Part shown: positions 21,500 to 31,014 of the stretch, piece by piece
Numbering within the stretch: the stretch's first letter is position 1
How the letters are laid out: every line of letters begins with the position of its first letter
Assembly: GCA_938045545.1 (NCBI GenBank)
Contig: CALIBN010000017.1
Coordinates: 64,519 to 128,518, forward strand
Direction of reading: 5' to 3'
Length of the DNA: 64,000 bases
DNA from: an uncultured archaeon
Lineage (GTDB): Archaea > Thermoproteota > EX4484-205 > JAAOZP01
Notes under the pieces: generated by a model
Database searches by the model: none
Seen by the model: the letters and a program-made list of their open reading frames with translations, nothing else
What the model was told of the DNA's origin: nothing
Position numbers and translations under genes: made by a program

Positions 21500-21790
21500 A
21501 TTCTCGGCGAGGAGCTGGCTTGGTTTAAGCAGAGAGTTATCTAACAGCCACTTGGAGGAATACTGTTGATAAAGGTTAAGTATGCTTATTCATTACAGCT
21601 TGCCATATCTTTCGGTAATGGTGGCTAGATATATTCGTTGGAGGGATAGGATGGCGGACCCTGAATCCGATACGTATATTATCCTAAGCTTATCCTCTGC
21701 GAGAACGGGGGAGATGCTCGCTTCATCCGACGCATTATCGGTGAAGGAACTGGTATGCATAATGCAGTTTTAGCAGAATTAAAGGGGTAA
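21500..21790 (+). pseudogene. Degraded fragment of an FG-GAP/VCBS repeat protein
   Basis: Pieces ELAWFKQ, AYSLQLA..GNG/LDIFVG and YYPKLILCENGG...IIGEGTGMHNAVLA resemble HSLxxADxxGxGxLDIFV repeats; multiple stops and shifts. Confidence 0.45.
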
Positions 21791-21966
21791 AAGCGTTTTA
21801 GACATTGTTAAGCCTCTACATGGTCGGAGAAAAGGCACATACGCACCGTTTAAACATGAGCATTAAAGGATAGTTTAGTGGACTTAACTAGCCTTTACTG
21901 TACTTTTTTTGAAACCGGTCAGATAAGCTTAATAATTTGTCAATCTTAACTAATAGTTAAGTAAAA

Positions 21967-22704
21967 ATGTGGATACCTGCTTGGCTCGGAGAAGTGTATT
22001 CGAGGCTTTTCCTAAGGTTTGAGAGCGAGTTATTCACCTTTAAGGACGCCTTGGAGTTTCTAAAGGTTAGTGAAAACAGGCTTTCAGTAGCCTTCAGCAG
22101 GCTTCATAAAAATAGGGTTCTGCTCGTTTTCGACGATGGTCGGCCTAGGCGGTATCGGCTTATCGACCCTAGGGGCTTCATCCTCTTAGCATCAGGCACA
22201 GTTAAAAACCTGCATATGGTTCCTCAAGAAAGGTATGTTAAAGTTTTATGCGACGCCTTCCAGGTTCTTTCACGCTACTTAAGGCTGACTTCTCTAGCTG
22301 TGTATGGCTCTGTCGCCCGTGGGACGGCGAAGGAGAATAGCGACATAGACCTGCTTATTGTTTCTAACGATTTCTCTGGAAGCATTGGGAGGAGAATAGA
22401 CGTGCTTTACCGGTTAGAGAAGAATCTGGAAGAATTGGCATGGCTCAGGAGGAATGGTGTCTACACTGGTTTCAGCTTCTATCCTCTGACTGAGGAGGAG
22501 GCTTCCCGGAAGCCTTTGCTCTTCATCGACATGACTGAGGATGCTGTAATAATTTACGATAGGAACCGGTTTCTGGAGAGAGTATTGACGGAGTTTAAAG
22601 CCGAGCTTCTCAAGCTCGGCGCTAAAAGGGTTTTCATGGACAAGGAAAACTGGTACTGGGATCTGAAGCCTGACTACAGGTTTGGGGAGGAGATAGCTGT
22701 TTGA
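21967..22704 (+). CDS. Minimal nucleotidyltransferase (MNT) antitoxin with an N-terminal winged-helix-like extension
   Basis: YGSVARG...SDIDLLIV and the C-terminal WYWDLKP motif; overlaps the HEPN gene. Confidence 0.85.
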   Translation: MWIPAWLGEVYSRLFLRFESELFTFKDALEFLKVSENRLSVAFSRLHKNRVLLVFDDGRPRRYRLIDPRGFILLASGTVKNLHMVPQERYVKVLCDAFQVLSRYLRLTSLAVYGSVARGTAKENSDIDLLIVSNDFSGSIGRRIDVLYRLEKNLEELAWLRRNGVYTGFSFYPLTEEEASRKPLLFIDMTEDAVIIYDRNRFLERVLTEFKAELLKLGAKRVFMDKENWYWDLKPDYRFGEEIAV

Positions 22705-23126
22705 GGCTCGTCAAGATCGCCCGATCATACTTGAAACAGGCTGAGGCTAGGCTTAGTGATGCTAAGGACGCATGTCAAGAGGATAACTATCCTTATGCTG
22801 TGAGGCTGAGCCAAGAGTGCGTTGAACTTTCTTTGAAAGCTGTGCTTAAGGCAGTTGGCATAGAGTACCCGAAGGTGCACGATGTTTCAGATGTATTGTT
22901 GAGTGTTGGACAGAGGTTTCCAGAATGGTTTCAACAGGAGTTGACCTATCTTTCTGAATCCTCTAAGATTCTGGTTAAGAAGAGGGAGGTAAGCTTCTAT
23001 GGAGGTGAGGAAGCTTTTCTGTCTCCGGATGAAGTAATAGGGGAGGAGGATGCTAGGGATGCTATCGAAAGAGCTGGGAAGGCTTTCACCATTTGTAGAA
23101 AACTGGTGGAGGAGCTCGAAGACTAG
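22701..23126 (+). CDS. HEPN domain protein (MNT-HEPN toxin-antitoxin pair)
   Basis: SQECVELSLKA, YPKVHDV and REVSFYG motifs; 4-nt overlap with the MNT gene. Confidence 0.88.
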   Translation: MRLVKIARSYLKQAEARLSDAKDACQEDNYPYAVRLSQECVELSLKAVLKAVGIEYPKVHDVSDVLLSVGQRFPEWFQQELTYLSESSKILVKKREVSFYGGEEAFLSPDEVIGEEDARDAIERAGKAFTICRKLVEELED

Positions 23127-23189
23127 AAAGGTAAGGCTTTAACCCCTCCAAATGGCTTGAAGAAAGATTAGGGTTGTAACTGTTATTAA

Positions 23190-23630
23190 CTTGGCTATCG
23201 GTTTTCCGCGCCTGTCTTCTGATGCAGAAAGTCTGGATCAGAATCTTCTTAGAGGACGGTGTTTTCAAAAGTGGCATAGCCTTGTCCCTAGATACGTTTA
23301 ATCTGTCAGTTTCCCAGCCTCAAGAATCTTCCTGTATAGCGATATCCATTTTTTGTAGCCGCAGTCATCTCCCTTCAGTTCTTCTCCTACACCAGCACCC
23401 ACTGTATGCTGCCTAGCTTCACAACAAGCAGCGAGTTGAGATGCGGTATCTGCCCCAGGCCATCAAGATGGTGTATTACTCTATCCAGTCTTTCACACTG
23501 CTCTCGACATGGGAGACGCTCGTTGAACAGCTTGGAGGAAAGCATGGATGTGAAATCACATTGAATCGAGTACATCGTTCAGAACACTATATTTCATCCA
23601 TGCTGGCGTGCCCTCCGCGTTCTTCATAAC
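23190..23630 (-). pseudogene. C-terminal remnant of a UroD/MetE-like (corrinoid methyltransferase-related) protein
   Basis: Pieces IQCDFTSMLS, EQCERLDRVIHHLDGLGQIPHLNSLL, IQWV/GVGEE...KWISLYRKILEAGKL; frameshifted, no intact N-terminus. Confidence 0.6.
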
Positions 23631-23795
23631 TTAGTTTCCCCCTTAATGGGTAAACTTTATTAAATACTTTACCGCAAGTATAAACATATGAATCTAAGGA
23701 CGTACATGCTGACAAAAAAGGAAACCGTAAGAGACCTGAAGCGCGCCTTGAACCTATTGTCCTAATATTTACTGTCATATAGCCTGCATTAAAGT

Positions 23796-24914
23796 CTAGA
23801 TGAGAATATCCAGTATTAGCAGAACGGATGCTGCTATAACAAGCGTGGTCCACACAGCCTTATTCCATCTAAGTATCTTTTTTCCATCCCACACGAAGCC
23901 TCCTGCTGCCTGTATCGGAATCAGATTGAGAATGACAATCAGCAGATTAGTAATGTATCCGACTGTTGCTGGCACCGCTAGCAGAGTCTCAGCCGTAATG
24001 GTTGGTATTGCCCAGAATGCGAAGCCAAGCGTCAGGCTGACGAACGGGCCTATGGCGAAGATGATTCCAGTCTTATCTTTTTCCGGGTCATACCACCAGT
24101 CTAACTGTTTCACGTATGTTGAGCCGTACGCTGGGAAGATGCTGCCGATTAGTGCCAGCAGCCAGCTGAATAGGATTCCTGACCCCCAGGCTTTGAAGGT
24201 TGTTTCTAAGCCAAGTCTGCTTGCTGCAAGCTTTTGCGAAAGCTCGTGTGCCAGTAGGCTGACGGCTACAACCGTGAAAACCATCGGGATAAGCATTAGT
24301 GGTCCTCGGCCTCGCAGTATTTGAATCCACCATGCCACGGATACGCCTAGCAGGGCAGCCAGCCAATGCCATGCTTCCCTGGTTTCACGATGCCTTGTTT
24401 TCTCTTTATCTCGCCTGAGAAAAAACGTTCCGAAGCCTATGAAGTGAAACTCTGTCATCCAGAGTCTTAGAAAGTCCAGCCCATAGTCTCTGAGTTGCCC
24501 CGGAATCTCATAGAGATTAAAGCCCCTGTGTATGAACATGTTCCATGAGGGAGAATTATACCTGTCGGCTGTGGCATAGATGACTTCGCACCCATGCTCC
24601 TCCAGCCACAATATGGCTCCATCCACTAGGGATTTTCCGATGGCTCTCCCACGAAGCTCTTTGTCTGAGACCAGCGCATCAATGAAGCCTGTCCTCTTAC
24701 CTTTTATAACCTGGATCCGCATGGAGACTGTCCCAACTATCTTTCCCCCGAACTCTGCAACTAAAGTGGTTCCTCTTTGCTTCTCTGCACTCTTCCGTGC
24801 CTCCTCAAACGATAGTTGAAAGATAATCCTGTCAGTTATGCCAAGGCTCCTCGTAAAAAGTTTCTTAACTTCTTTTTCTTCGCCTGGTTGCATCTCGCGG
24901 ACGACAATCCTCAT
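23796..24914 (-). CDS. GNAT acetyltransferase fused to an M50 (site-2 protease)-like membrane domain
   Basis: N-terminal LVSDKELRGRAIGKSLV...N.PS..MF...GF (GNAT). C-terminal TM helices carry AHELSQK, AIGPFVSL and NLIPIQAAGGFVWDG. Confidence 0.75.
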   Translation of the reverse strand: MRIVVREMQPGEEKEVKKLFTRSLGITDRIIFQLSFEEARKSAEKQRGTTLVAEFGGKIVGTVSMRIQVIKGKRTGFIDALVSDKELRGRAIGKSLVDGAILWLEEHGCEVIYATADRYNSPSWNMFIHRGFNLYEIPGQLRDYGLDFLRLWMTEFHFIGFGTFFLRRDKEKTRHRETREAWHWLAALLGVSVAWWIQILRGRGPLMLIPMVFTVVAVSLLAHELSQKLAASRLGLETTFKAWGSGILFSWLLALIGSIFPAYGSTYVKQLDWWYDPEKDKTGIIFAIGPFVSLTLGFAFWAIPTITAETLLAVPATVGYITNLLIVILNLIPIQAAGGFVWDGKKILRWNKAVWTTLVIAASVLLILDILI

Positions 24915-24986
24915 TTATAACGCCTTCAAGCTATGATTATGACTGTTTATAAATCTTATATAGATTTTCTCAAGAGATTTGTCTTC

Positions 24987-26456
24987 ATGGATGGAAACAT
25001 AGTAGTCATAGTGTCTGATACTTTCAGGTTTGACCTGCTCCATGAAGGTTTCATCGTTAAAAACAATTTTAGGGTAAAACTAAATAGTGTTGAGAAGCTA
25101 TGTTCAGAATCTGTTGAATTTGCCAGAGCGTACCACGCTTCTTTCCCCACTGTTCCAAACAGGGCCGACTTGTTTACAGGCCTGTTCACTTTTACTCGTT
25201 ACGACTGGTCTCCACTGCCTAAGGAGTGGGTTACGATCGCAATGATTCTAAGGAAAGCGGGCTACACCTGCATGATGGTGGCGGACACCCCCCATATACT
25301 TAAGGACGGGTATAATTTTGACCGTGGCTTCGACGGGTGGGTTTGGATTAGGGGTCAGGAGAACGACCGGTATAGAACAAGCCCGGCGGATGTCAGGCTT
25401 CCATGCAGCCCTCAGAAGTTGAGAAGTGTTGAAACAACTATGCAACATATTAGGAACAATTACCACAGGAGGCACGAGGAAGACTGGATACCCGCTAAGA
25501 CCGCGATGGAGGCTTCACGCTGGCTCGAGGAGAACTATAGGGAGAAATTCTTCCTGTACGTGGACTTCTTCGACCCCCATGAGCCGTGGGACCCGCCAGC
25601 ATGGTACGTGGACATTTATGACCCTTGCTACAAGGGTGAGGAAGTCATCTATCCAGCATACGGGCCGTGCAACTATCTTACGCGCGACGAGCTCTCGCAT
25701 ATTAGAGCAATGTACGCTGGCGAAGCAACTATGGTCGACAGGTGGATAGGGTTTCTGCTTGAAAAAATGAATAACCTAGGGTTGTTTGAGAACACCACTA
25801 TCGTTTTTACGAGCGACCATGGCTTCTACCTCGGTGAACACGGGCTTATAGGTAAATCGATAATCATGGGGGAAAGCCATGGTTTAGCTCCCCTCTACGA
25901 GGAAGTAGCCCACATCCCGCTTCTAGTAAGGTTCGCAGATAATCTTGGATTGAGAAAAAAGGTGAAGATAGATGCTCTTGTTCAAACACCCGACATAACT
26001 GCTACGGTGCTTGACCTTGCTGGTGTGAAAAGCTCCACCGAGACCAGTGTTCAGGGGAAGTCGCTTCTGCCGCTTGTCAGGGGGGAAGCATCCAGCGTTA
26101 GGGACATAGCTGTTTCAACACCCTCACTGATTAAAGGAGTAAGAGCAGGATTGAGAGCGACGGTTACAACGGATGAGTGGTCTCTTATACTTGCGCCTGA
26201 GACAAGTATGGCTGAGGCTGAAAAAATCGAGGTTACGTTTATGGTTGACGGCGAACCTAGGAGGCTTAAGCCCATGGGCGAAATAACCACAGAACTCTAC
26301 AACCTTAAGTCAGACCCTAAGCAGGAGAGAAACCTTGTGTCTGAGGAAACCGAAACAGCTAAATGTATTCAGGCGAAGTTTATAGGATTCCTCTCAGAGC
26401 TTGGGGCCGATAGAGAAACAATTAGTCCATGGCTTAAATGCAGAGGATTAATCTAG
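24987..26456 (+). CDS. Sulfatase-like hydrolase (alkaline phosphatase superfamily) with Thr at the nucleophile position
   Basis: IVSDTFRFD, SFPTVPNRADLFTG, FDPHEPWDPP, TSDHG and ELYNLKSDPKQERNL motifs; start chosen at MDGNIVVIV. Confidence 0.85.
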   Translation: MDGNIVVIVSDTFRFDLLHEGFIVKNNFRVKLNSVEKLCSESVEFARAYHASFPTVPNRADLFTGLFTFTRYDWSPLPKEWVTIAMILRKAGYTCMMVADTPHILKDGYNFDRGFDGWVWIRGQENDRYRTSPADVRLPCSPQKLRSVETTMQHIRNNYHRRHEEDWIPAKTAMEASRWLEENYREKFFLYVDFFDPHEPWDPPAWYVDIYDPCYKGEEVIYPAYGPCNYLTRDELSHIRAMYAGEATMVDRWIGFLLEKMNNLGLFENTTIVFTSDHGFYLGEHGLIGKSIIMGESHGLAPLYEEVAHIPLLVRFADNLGLRKKVKIDALVQTPDITATVLDLAGVKSSTETSVQGKSLLPLVRGEASSVRDIAVSTPSLIKGVRAGLRATVTTDEWSLILAPETSMAEAEKIEVTFMVDGEPRRLKPMGEITTELYNLKSDPKQERNLVSEETETAKCIQAKFIGFLSELGADRETISPWLKCRGLI

Positions 26457-26535
26457 TTCTTTCTGCACAACTATTCGGTGCAGGCTTACGCATCTAAAAT
26501 CTGTTTTTACTGCTTGACTTTTATCTGTAGCAACT

Positions 26536-27096
26536 TTGAAGCAAAATGTTTATATTGCATCGTTTGTTTCCCGGACTATGGCAGGGTCAGGTTATGAAAT
26601 AGCAAGGTTTCTCTATTGTTCCGGGCTGTTCGAGGAGGAAGTCGCCAAGAGGTATCGTCACGTGGCTGAAATTACACGCGACGCAAACATTAAGTGTCTA
26701 TTGAATTACATTGCTGACGACTCTTATAAGCATGCTGCAATGTTTAAGGCTCTCAGCGGGTATCTGACAAATGTTGACAGGAGTGTTTTTGAAGACTGTG
26801 AAAAGGTCTTGGGAAGCCTATGGAGGAATATCACTGAGCATTCGAGAAGTATACGGGGGGAGAGCGAAATAGGTAACCAGGAGCTCCTCAAGCTGATAGA
26901 TGGTTTAGAGAAGTTTGAGGGTTTCGTGGCGGAAGAGTATTTGTCAGTTTTAAACGTGAAAACCATCGAGCTCATGGCACGAGAGACAGGGTTACCAATT
27001 GAACCTTACAGAATGATTTTTGAGTGGATGGTTGAGGATGAAAAGAGGCATGAGCAAATTCTAAAAATCATTAAGAATCATGTGTTGCATGGATGA
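26536..27096 (+). CDS. Ferritin-like / rubrerythrin-family four-helix protein
   Basis: E..VA..Y, DSYKHA, E...AEEY and EDEKRHE di-iron-type motifs; likely start at 26578. Confidence 0.7.
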   Translation: MKQNVYIASFVSRTMAGSGYEIARFLYCSGLFEEEVAKRYRHVAEITRDANIKCLLNYIADDSYKHAAMFKALSGYLTNVDRSVFEDCEKVLGSLWRNITEHSRSIRGESEIGNQELLKLIDGLEKFEGFVAEEYLSVLNVKTIELMARETGLPIEPYRMIFEWMVEDEKRHEQILKIIKNHVLHG

Positions 27097-27200
27097 GCTT
27101 GACAATGAGAATGGTTCCCCCTTATGGGGATGGTTAACAATAGGCTGGATGCGTTAAAAGAATTACTCCCACTATTGTCCCATAGTTTAAGCAATGAAAC

Positions 27201-27294
27201 CGGGCCCGCTGGGATTTGAACCCAGGTTCTCCGGCTCCGAAGGCCTACGCGAGCAATCCTCTCGACGCCTTTATCCTGGCTTGGCCACGGGCCC
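27201..27294 (-). tRNA. tRNA-Arg(UCG) with an 18-nt intron at non-canonical position 29/30 (intron 27245-27262)
   Basis: Minus strand folds as GGGCCCG acceptor stem, D arm, TCG[intron]GC-CT-TCG-GA-GCCGG anticodon arm and CTGGG-TTCAAAT-CCCAG T arm. Intron junctions form a bulge-helix-bulge. Confidence 0.92.
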
Positions 27295-27316
27295 TGTGTA
27301 ACCATGCTAAACGTTA

Positions 27317-27324
27317 TACTTAAA
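27317..27324 (-). promoter_or_regulatory. TATA box of tRNA-Arg
   Basis: TTTAAGTA on the minus strand, 23-30 nt upstream of the mature 5' end. Confidence 0.45.
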
Positions 27325-27507
27325 TCTGTATTCGGTCAAACAATATTGTAATGATGCGTGCGGTTAAAAACTCGCGGGCCAATTGAACGGTTAATTGTCA
27401 ACTTTCAATAAACTAATGGTGGAAAATGCGTGAGATAATAATATGGTTAACCGATTGCAAAAGGATAAATAGTTAGCTGTTTGAGGCCGTTTGGAGGTGA
27501 CCGAGAC

Positions 27508-27790
27508 TTGAAGCAGGGGCGGTGGCTGCCACGGCAGCGGCCAGAAGAATAGCGGAAGCCGTGAAGTCATCTGGAGCAATAGTTGAGGTCGAGAAGAACT
27601 TCACAGATATACTTGCTAGGTCAATAAGCCTTAGTTATAATGGCTCTAGGCGGAGTAGTAAAGAAAAACTATAGGAATCTTGTAGGATACAAGGGTTTTG
27701 TCTTCTTCACCCGGTCAAAACCCCTTAGAGTTACCTAGTGGAATAGATGTGATTGTAGCGAAGCGTATTTGGATACCTAGCTACCCTCGC
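27508..27790 (+). pseudogene. Frameshifted small conserved hypothetical protein
   Basis: Pieces AVAATAAARRIAEAVKSSGAIVEVE, PLVIMALGGVVKKNY, YKGFVFF and PLELPSGIDVIVAKRIWIP lie in shifting frames, behind a GGAGGTGA RBS. Confidence 0.55.
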
Positions 27791-27831
27791 GCGCGCAATT
27801 AATTGCAATTAACACGGAATTAAATGGTTTC

Positions 27832-29355
27832 TCATATTTTTCTGAAAACTATCTCCGGCCTACTCACCCTGTGTCCAGGCTTAATCGCAAGCCCCCCCGC
27901 TGAATCCCATCCGTAGTCTTCAGGCAAGCCCTCGAGATTAAGCATCTTCCAAATCTTCTCGGATGAGCTTGGCAAGTATGGCCGTAAAACTATAGCCAGC
28001 GTTCTCACGGCGTTCACGCAGATGAACAATGCGTCAGGATCCTTAGTTTTCCAAGGCTCCTTAACCTGCAGGAACCTGTTGCATTGAATAGCGAAGTCAG
28101 CAACCTCTTTCAGGGCCCTGTCTATTTCATAATTTTCGAGCCTGTCTCTCATAATGCTGGGAAGCTTCCTAATGCTTTCAACAAGCTTTATGCATTCCTC
28201 GTCCTTCTCATAATTCTTCGGCTCAGGCACTTCGCCAGCGTAAAGATTCCAAATGAGTGTTAAAGTTCTGTGAATAAAGTTCCCAATGTTTCCAACAAGC
28301 TCCCCGTTAACCCTCTCCACCAGTGCTTTCTCAGTGAAATCACCGTCCTCGAAGAAAGGAATATCCCTCGCTAGAAAATATCTCACAGCATCAACCTCAT
28401 ACTTCTCCAACAGCTTAAACGGGTCGATTGCAGTTCCCTTCGACTTCGAGAGCTTCTCCCCACCTATAGTTATGTACCCATGGACAAGAATATGCTTAGG
28501 TAGCGGAATGCCACATGAAAGCAGTATCGCCGGCCATATAACAGAGTGAAACCAATTTATACCCTTGCCTATAAGGTGGACATCCGCAGGCCAGTACTTC
28601 TTATACTTCTCCCCATCAGGGTAGCCCAGTGCTGAAACATAGTTTACCAGTGCGTCGACCCAGACGTATATCTTGTGCTTAGGGTCGAAGGGGACGTTGA
28701 CGCCCCAGCTTATGCGCGACCTGCTTACCGCCAGGTCCTTAAGGCCCTCGGTTTTTATTCTGGCCAGGATCTCCTGCTTCCTCTTCTCAGGTATGATGAA
28801 CCTGTTTCTTTCGATAAGCTCTAGCACAGGCTTCTCATACTTGCTCAGCTTGAAGAAGTAGCATTCTTCCTCAATATGCTCTGGCTCAGTGCCGTGCTCT
28901 GGGCACTTGCCGTCGACAAGGTCTTTCTCAGTCTTATACTCCTCGCAGCCGTAGCAGTATAGGCCGCTGTAGCTGCTCTTGTAGATGTCTCCGTTTTTAA
29001 ACATTTTCGCGAATATTAGTTGCGAGACTTTTCGGTGCCTGTCCTCAGTCGTCCTTATGAAGTCATCATTAGAGATGTGGAATGCTTTACAAAGCTCTTG
29101 AAACCTCTTAGCGTTCCTATCTATAAATTCCTTAACCTCTAAACCGGCTTCCTTAGCTGCCCTCTCGTTCTTCGCAGCGTTCTCGTCAGTACCTGTTAGG
29201 AAGTAAACATCTCTGCCGACGAGCCTGTTCCATCTCGCTATAATGTCTGCGCAAACCTTCTCGTAAAGATGGCCTAGATGTGGGTAAGCGTTAACATAGT
29301 CGATCGCAGTCGTTATGTAGAATTTCTCCTGCTTTAAGCTCATTATTGGAAACAC
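27832..29355 (-). CDS. metG: Methionyl-tRNA synthetase, short single-knuckle (bacterial-like) type
   Basis: FYITTAIDYVNAYPHLGH, LTGTDE, FIRTT, CYGC...CPEH, IYVWVDAL and KLSKS motifs; no C-terminal dimerisation domain. Confidence 0.93.
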   Translation of the reverse strand: MFPIMSLKQEKFYITTAIDYVNAYPHLGHLYEKVCADIIARWNRLVGRDVYFLTGTDENAAKNERAAKEAGLEVKEFIDRNAKRFQELCKAFHISNDDFIRTTEDRHRKVSQLIFAKMFKNGDIYKSSYSGLYCYGCEEYKTEKDLVDGKCPEHGTEPEHIEEECYFFKLSKYEKPVLELIERNRFIIPEKRKQEILARIKTEGLKDLAVSRSRISWGVNVPFDPKHKIYVWVDALVNYVSALGYPDGEKYKKYWPADVHLIGKGINWFHSVIWPAILLSCGIPLPKHILVHGYITIGGEKLSKSKGTAIDPFKLLEKYEVDAVRYFLARDIPFFEDGDFTEKALVERVNGELVGNIGNFIHRTLTLIWNLYAGEVPEPKNYEKDEECIKLVESIRKLPSIMRDRLENYEIDRALKEVADFAIQCNRFLQVKEPWKTKDPDALFICVNAVRTLAIVLRPYLPSSSEKIWKMLNLEGLPEDYGWDSAGGLAIKPGHRVSRPEIVFRKI

Positions 29356-29534
29356 TGTTTTTCAGAAGATTTAACCTTATCGTCGGGTAGGAACCCTGTT
29401 ATTCATACAAGCGTTAAAATATCATTAATGTTGGGTGAACCGTTACTTGACGAGTAAAACTGTTTACGTTCTTCTCAATCTATAGCTCTTTAAAGCAATA
29501 CGCGCTTCAAGACTTATTGTTTAAACAGTTTGGA

Positions 29535-30275
29535 TTAAAGGACGACGTCTAGAATCATCATTGTTACGAAGCCTATGATCATGGAAAGCATAGTGTCTTT
29601 TCCGAAGCCGCTTGAATGAGCCTCCGGTATCATCTCGCTACCTATAACGTATATCATCGCGCCTGCTCCAAAAGACAGGAAGAAAGGCAGAAGCCACTGG
29701 AAAGCCTGCACTAAGAGGGCGCTAAATAAGGCTCCCAATGGTTCAACAACCCCAGATAATAATCCGAGCAAGACGGATTTCCCCCTACTCTTACCCAGTT
29801 TAACGAAGGGGATGGAGACCGCTGCCCCTTCAGGAAAATCTTGGAGAGCTATGCCGGCCGTTAAGCCCCAGGCGGCTTTAACATTGCCCGATCCGAAAAC
29901 CACCCCCACTGAGAAGCCTTCAGGCAAGTTGTGCAAGGTTACCGCGGTTACTATCTTAACAAGCCTATTGGATTTCTCGTTTTCCCCGCTCGTCTTCAAA
30001 GGATGCTCATGCGGGATAAAAAGGTCTGAACCGTGCATTAGAACTGCTCCTGCTAGAAAGCCAATGCTGGTTACGAGTATTCCGCCCATCTCCACAGCAG
30101 GTTGGAGAAGGCTGAAGAAGGAGGCGGCCATCATTATTCCTATTGAGAACCCGAAGAAAAAATCCAGCTTCCTCCCTGATAAGCCTGTCTTGACAAAAGC
30201 TATTGTTGCACCCAAGCCTGTTGCGGCTAAACATACGAGACCACCTAAGAAGGCGTTCAACAATATTTCAAGCAT
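29535..30275 (-). CDS. ZIP family metal transporter (GufA/ZupT-like)
   Basis: LHNLPEG, GIALQDFPEG, EMIPE and the PHEH loop; multiple TM helices. Confidence 0.9.
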   Translation of the reverse strand: MLEILLNAFLGGLVCLAATGLGATIAFVKTGLSGRKLDFFFGFSIGIMMAASFFSLLQPAVEMGGILVTSIGFLAGAVLMHGSDLFIPHEHPLKTSGENEKSNRLVKIVTAVTLHNLPEGFSVGVVFGSGNVKAAWGLTAGIALQDFPEGAAVSIPFVKLGKSRGKSVLLGLLSGVVEPLGALFSALLVQAFQWLLPFFLSFGAGAMIYVIGSEMIPEAHSSGFGKDTMLSMIIGFVTMMILDVVL

Positions 30276-30380
30276 AAGGCTACTCCGGTGACACTCCGTA
30301 AAAACTTTTTCCCAACGAGTTTAACCTGTTTACCAATTCAGTTGATTATGAGAGAAAACTCCGAATAACAAGAATTTTTG

Positions 30381-30938
30381 TTAGAATCCGACATACTTGT
30401 CTTTAGGTGCGTTGCATATCGGGCATTTCTCCGGCGGCTCGTCGCCAACGTAAGTATGGCCGCATATCGGGCATATCCAGATTCTTCCCTTGAGAGGCCA
30501 GTCCTTCTTCTGGTCAACATAGCTCTTAGCCTCTCTGTATAGTTGGGCATGAATCTTCTCAGCCTCATAGGCCCATTTGAAGCTTAGTTCAGCAGCCTTC
30601 TCCCCTTGAAACCTTGCTACTTCAATAAAGGTTGGGTACATCTCGTTAACCTCGTATTCTTCACCAATTATCCCGAGCTCGAGGTTCTTACGGGTGTCTC
30701 CCGGCCCTGCCGGGGTCCCGGAGGCCACTTTAAAATCCTCCTTAAAGTTTTTCAACTTATCATAGTGGTTTCTTGCGTGGATAAACTCTGCGAATGCTAT
30801 TGCCCTGAAAAGCCTTGAAACATTAGGATAATTCTCCTTTTCAGCGATGTCGGCGAACACTAGGTATCTCATGTGAGCCATGGATTCTCCACCAAAGGCG
30901 CTCAGAAGAAGGTCTCTTGTAGCAAGTCTTATACTCAT
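30381..30938 (-). CDS. rbr: Rubrerythrin
   Basis: AFGGESMA, E..HA, GEEYE and EKIH motifs; C-terminal rubredoxin CPICG...CPIC. Confidence 0.93.
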   Translation of the reverse strand: MSIRLATRDLLLSAFGGESMAHMRYLVFADIAEKENYPNVSRLFRAIAFAEFIHARNHYDKLKNFKEDFKVASGTPAGPGDTRKNLELGIIGEEYEVNEMYPTFIEVARFQGEKAAELSFKWAYEAEKIHAQLYREAKSYVDQKKDWPLKGRIWICPICGHTYVGDEPPEKCPICNAPKDKYVGF

Positions 30939-31014
30939 GGTTTTTCACCGGAAGAGATGCGAATAATCGACTTTTAAGCGTTTTCCGAAATACTAATCTC
31001 AGAAATTTTTATGG

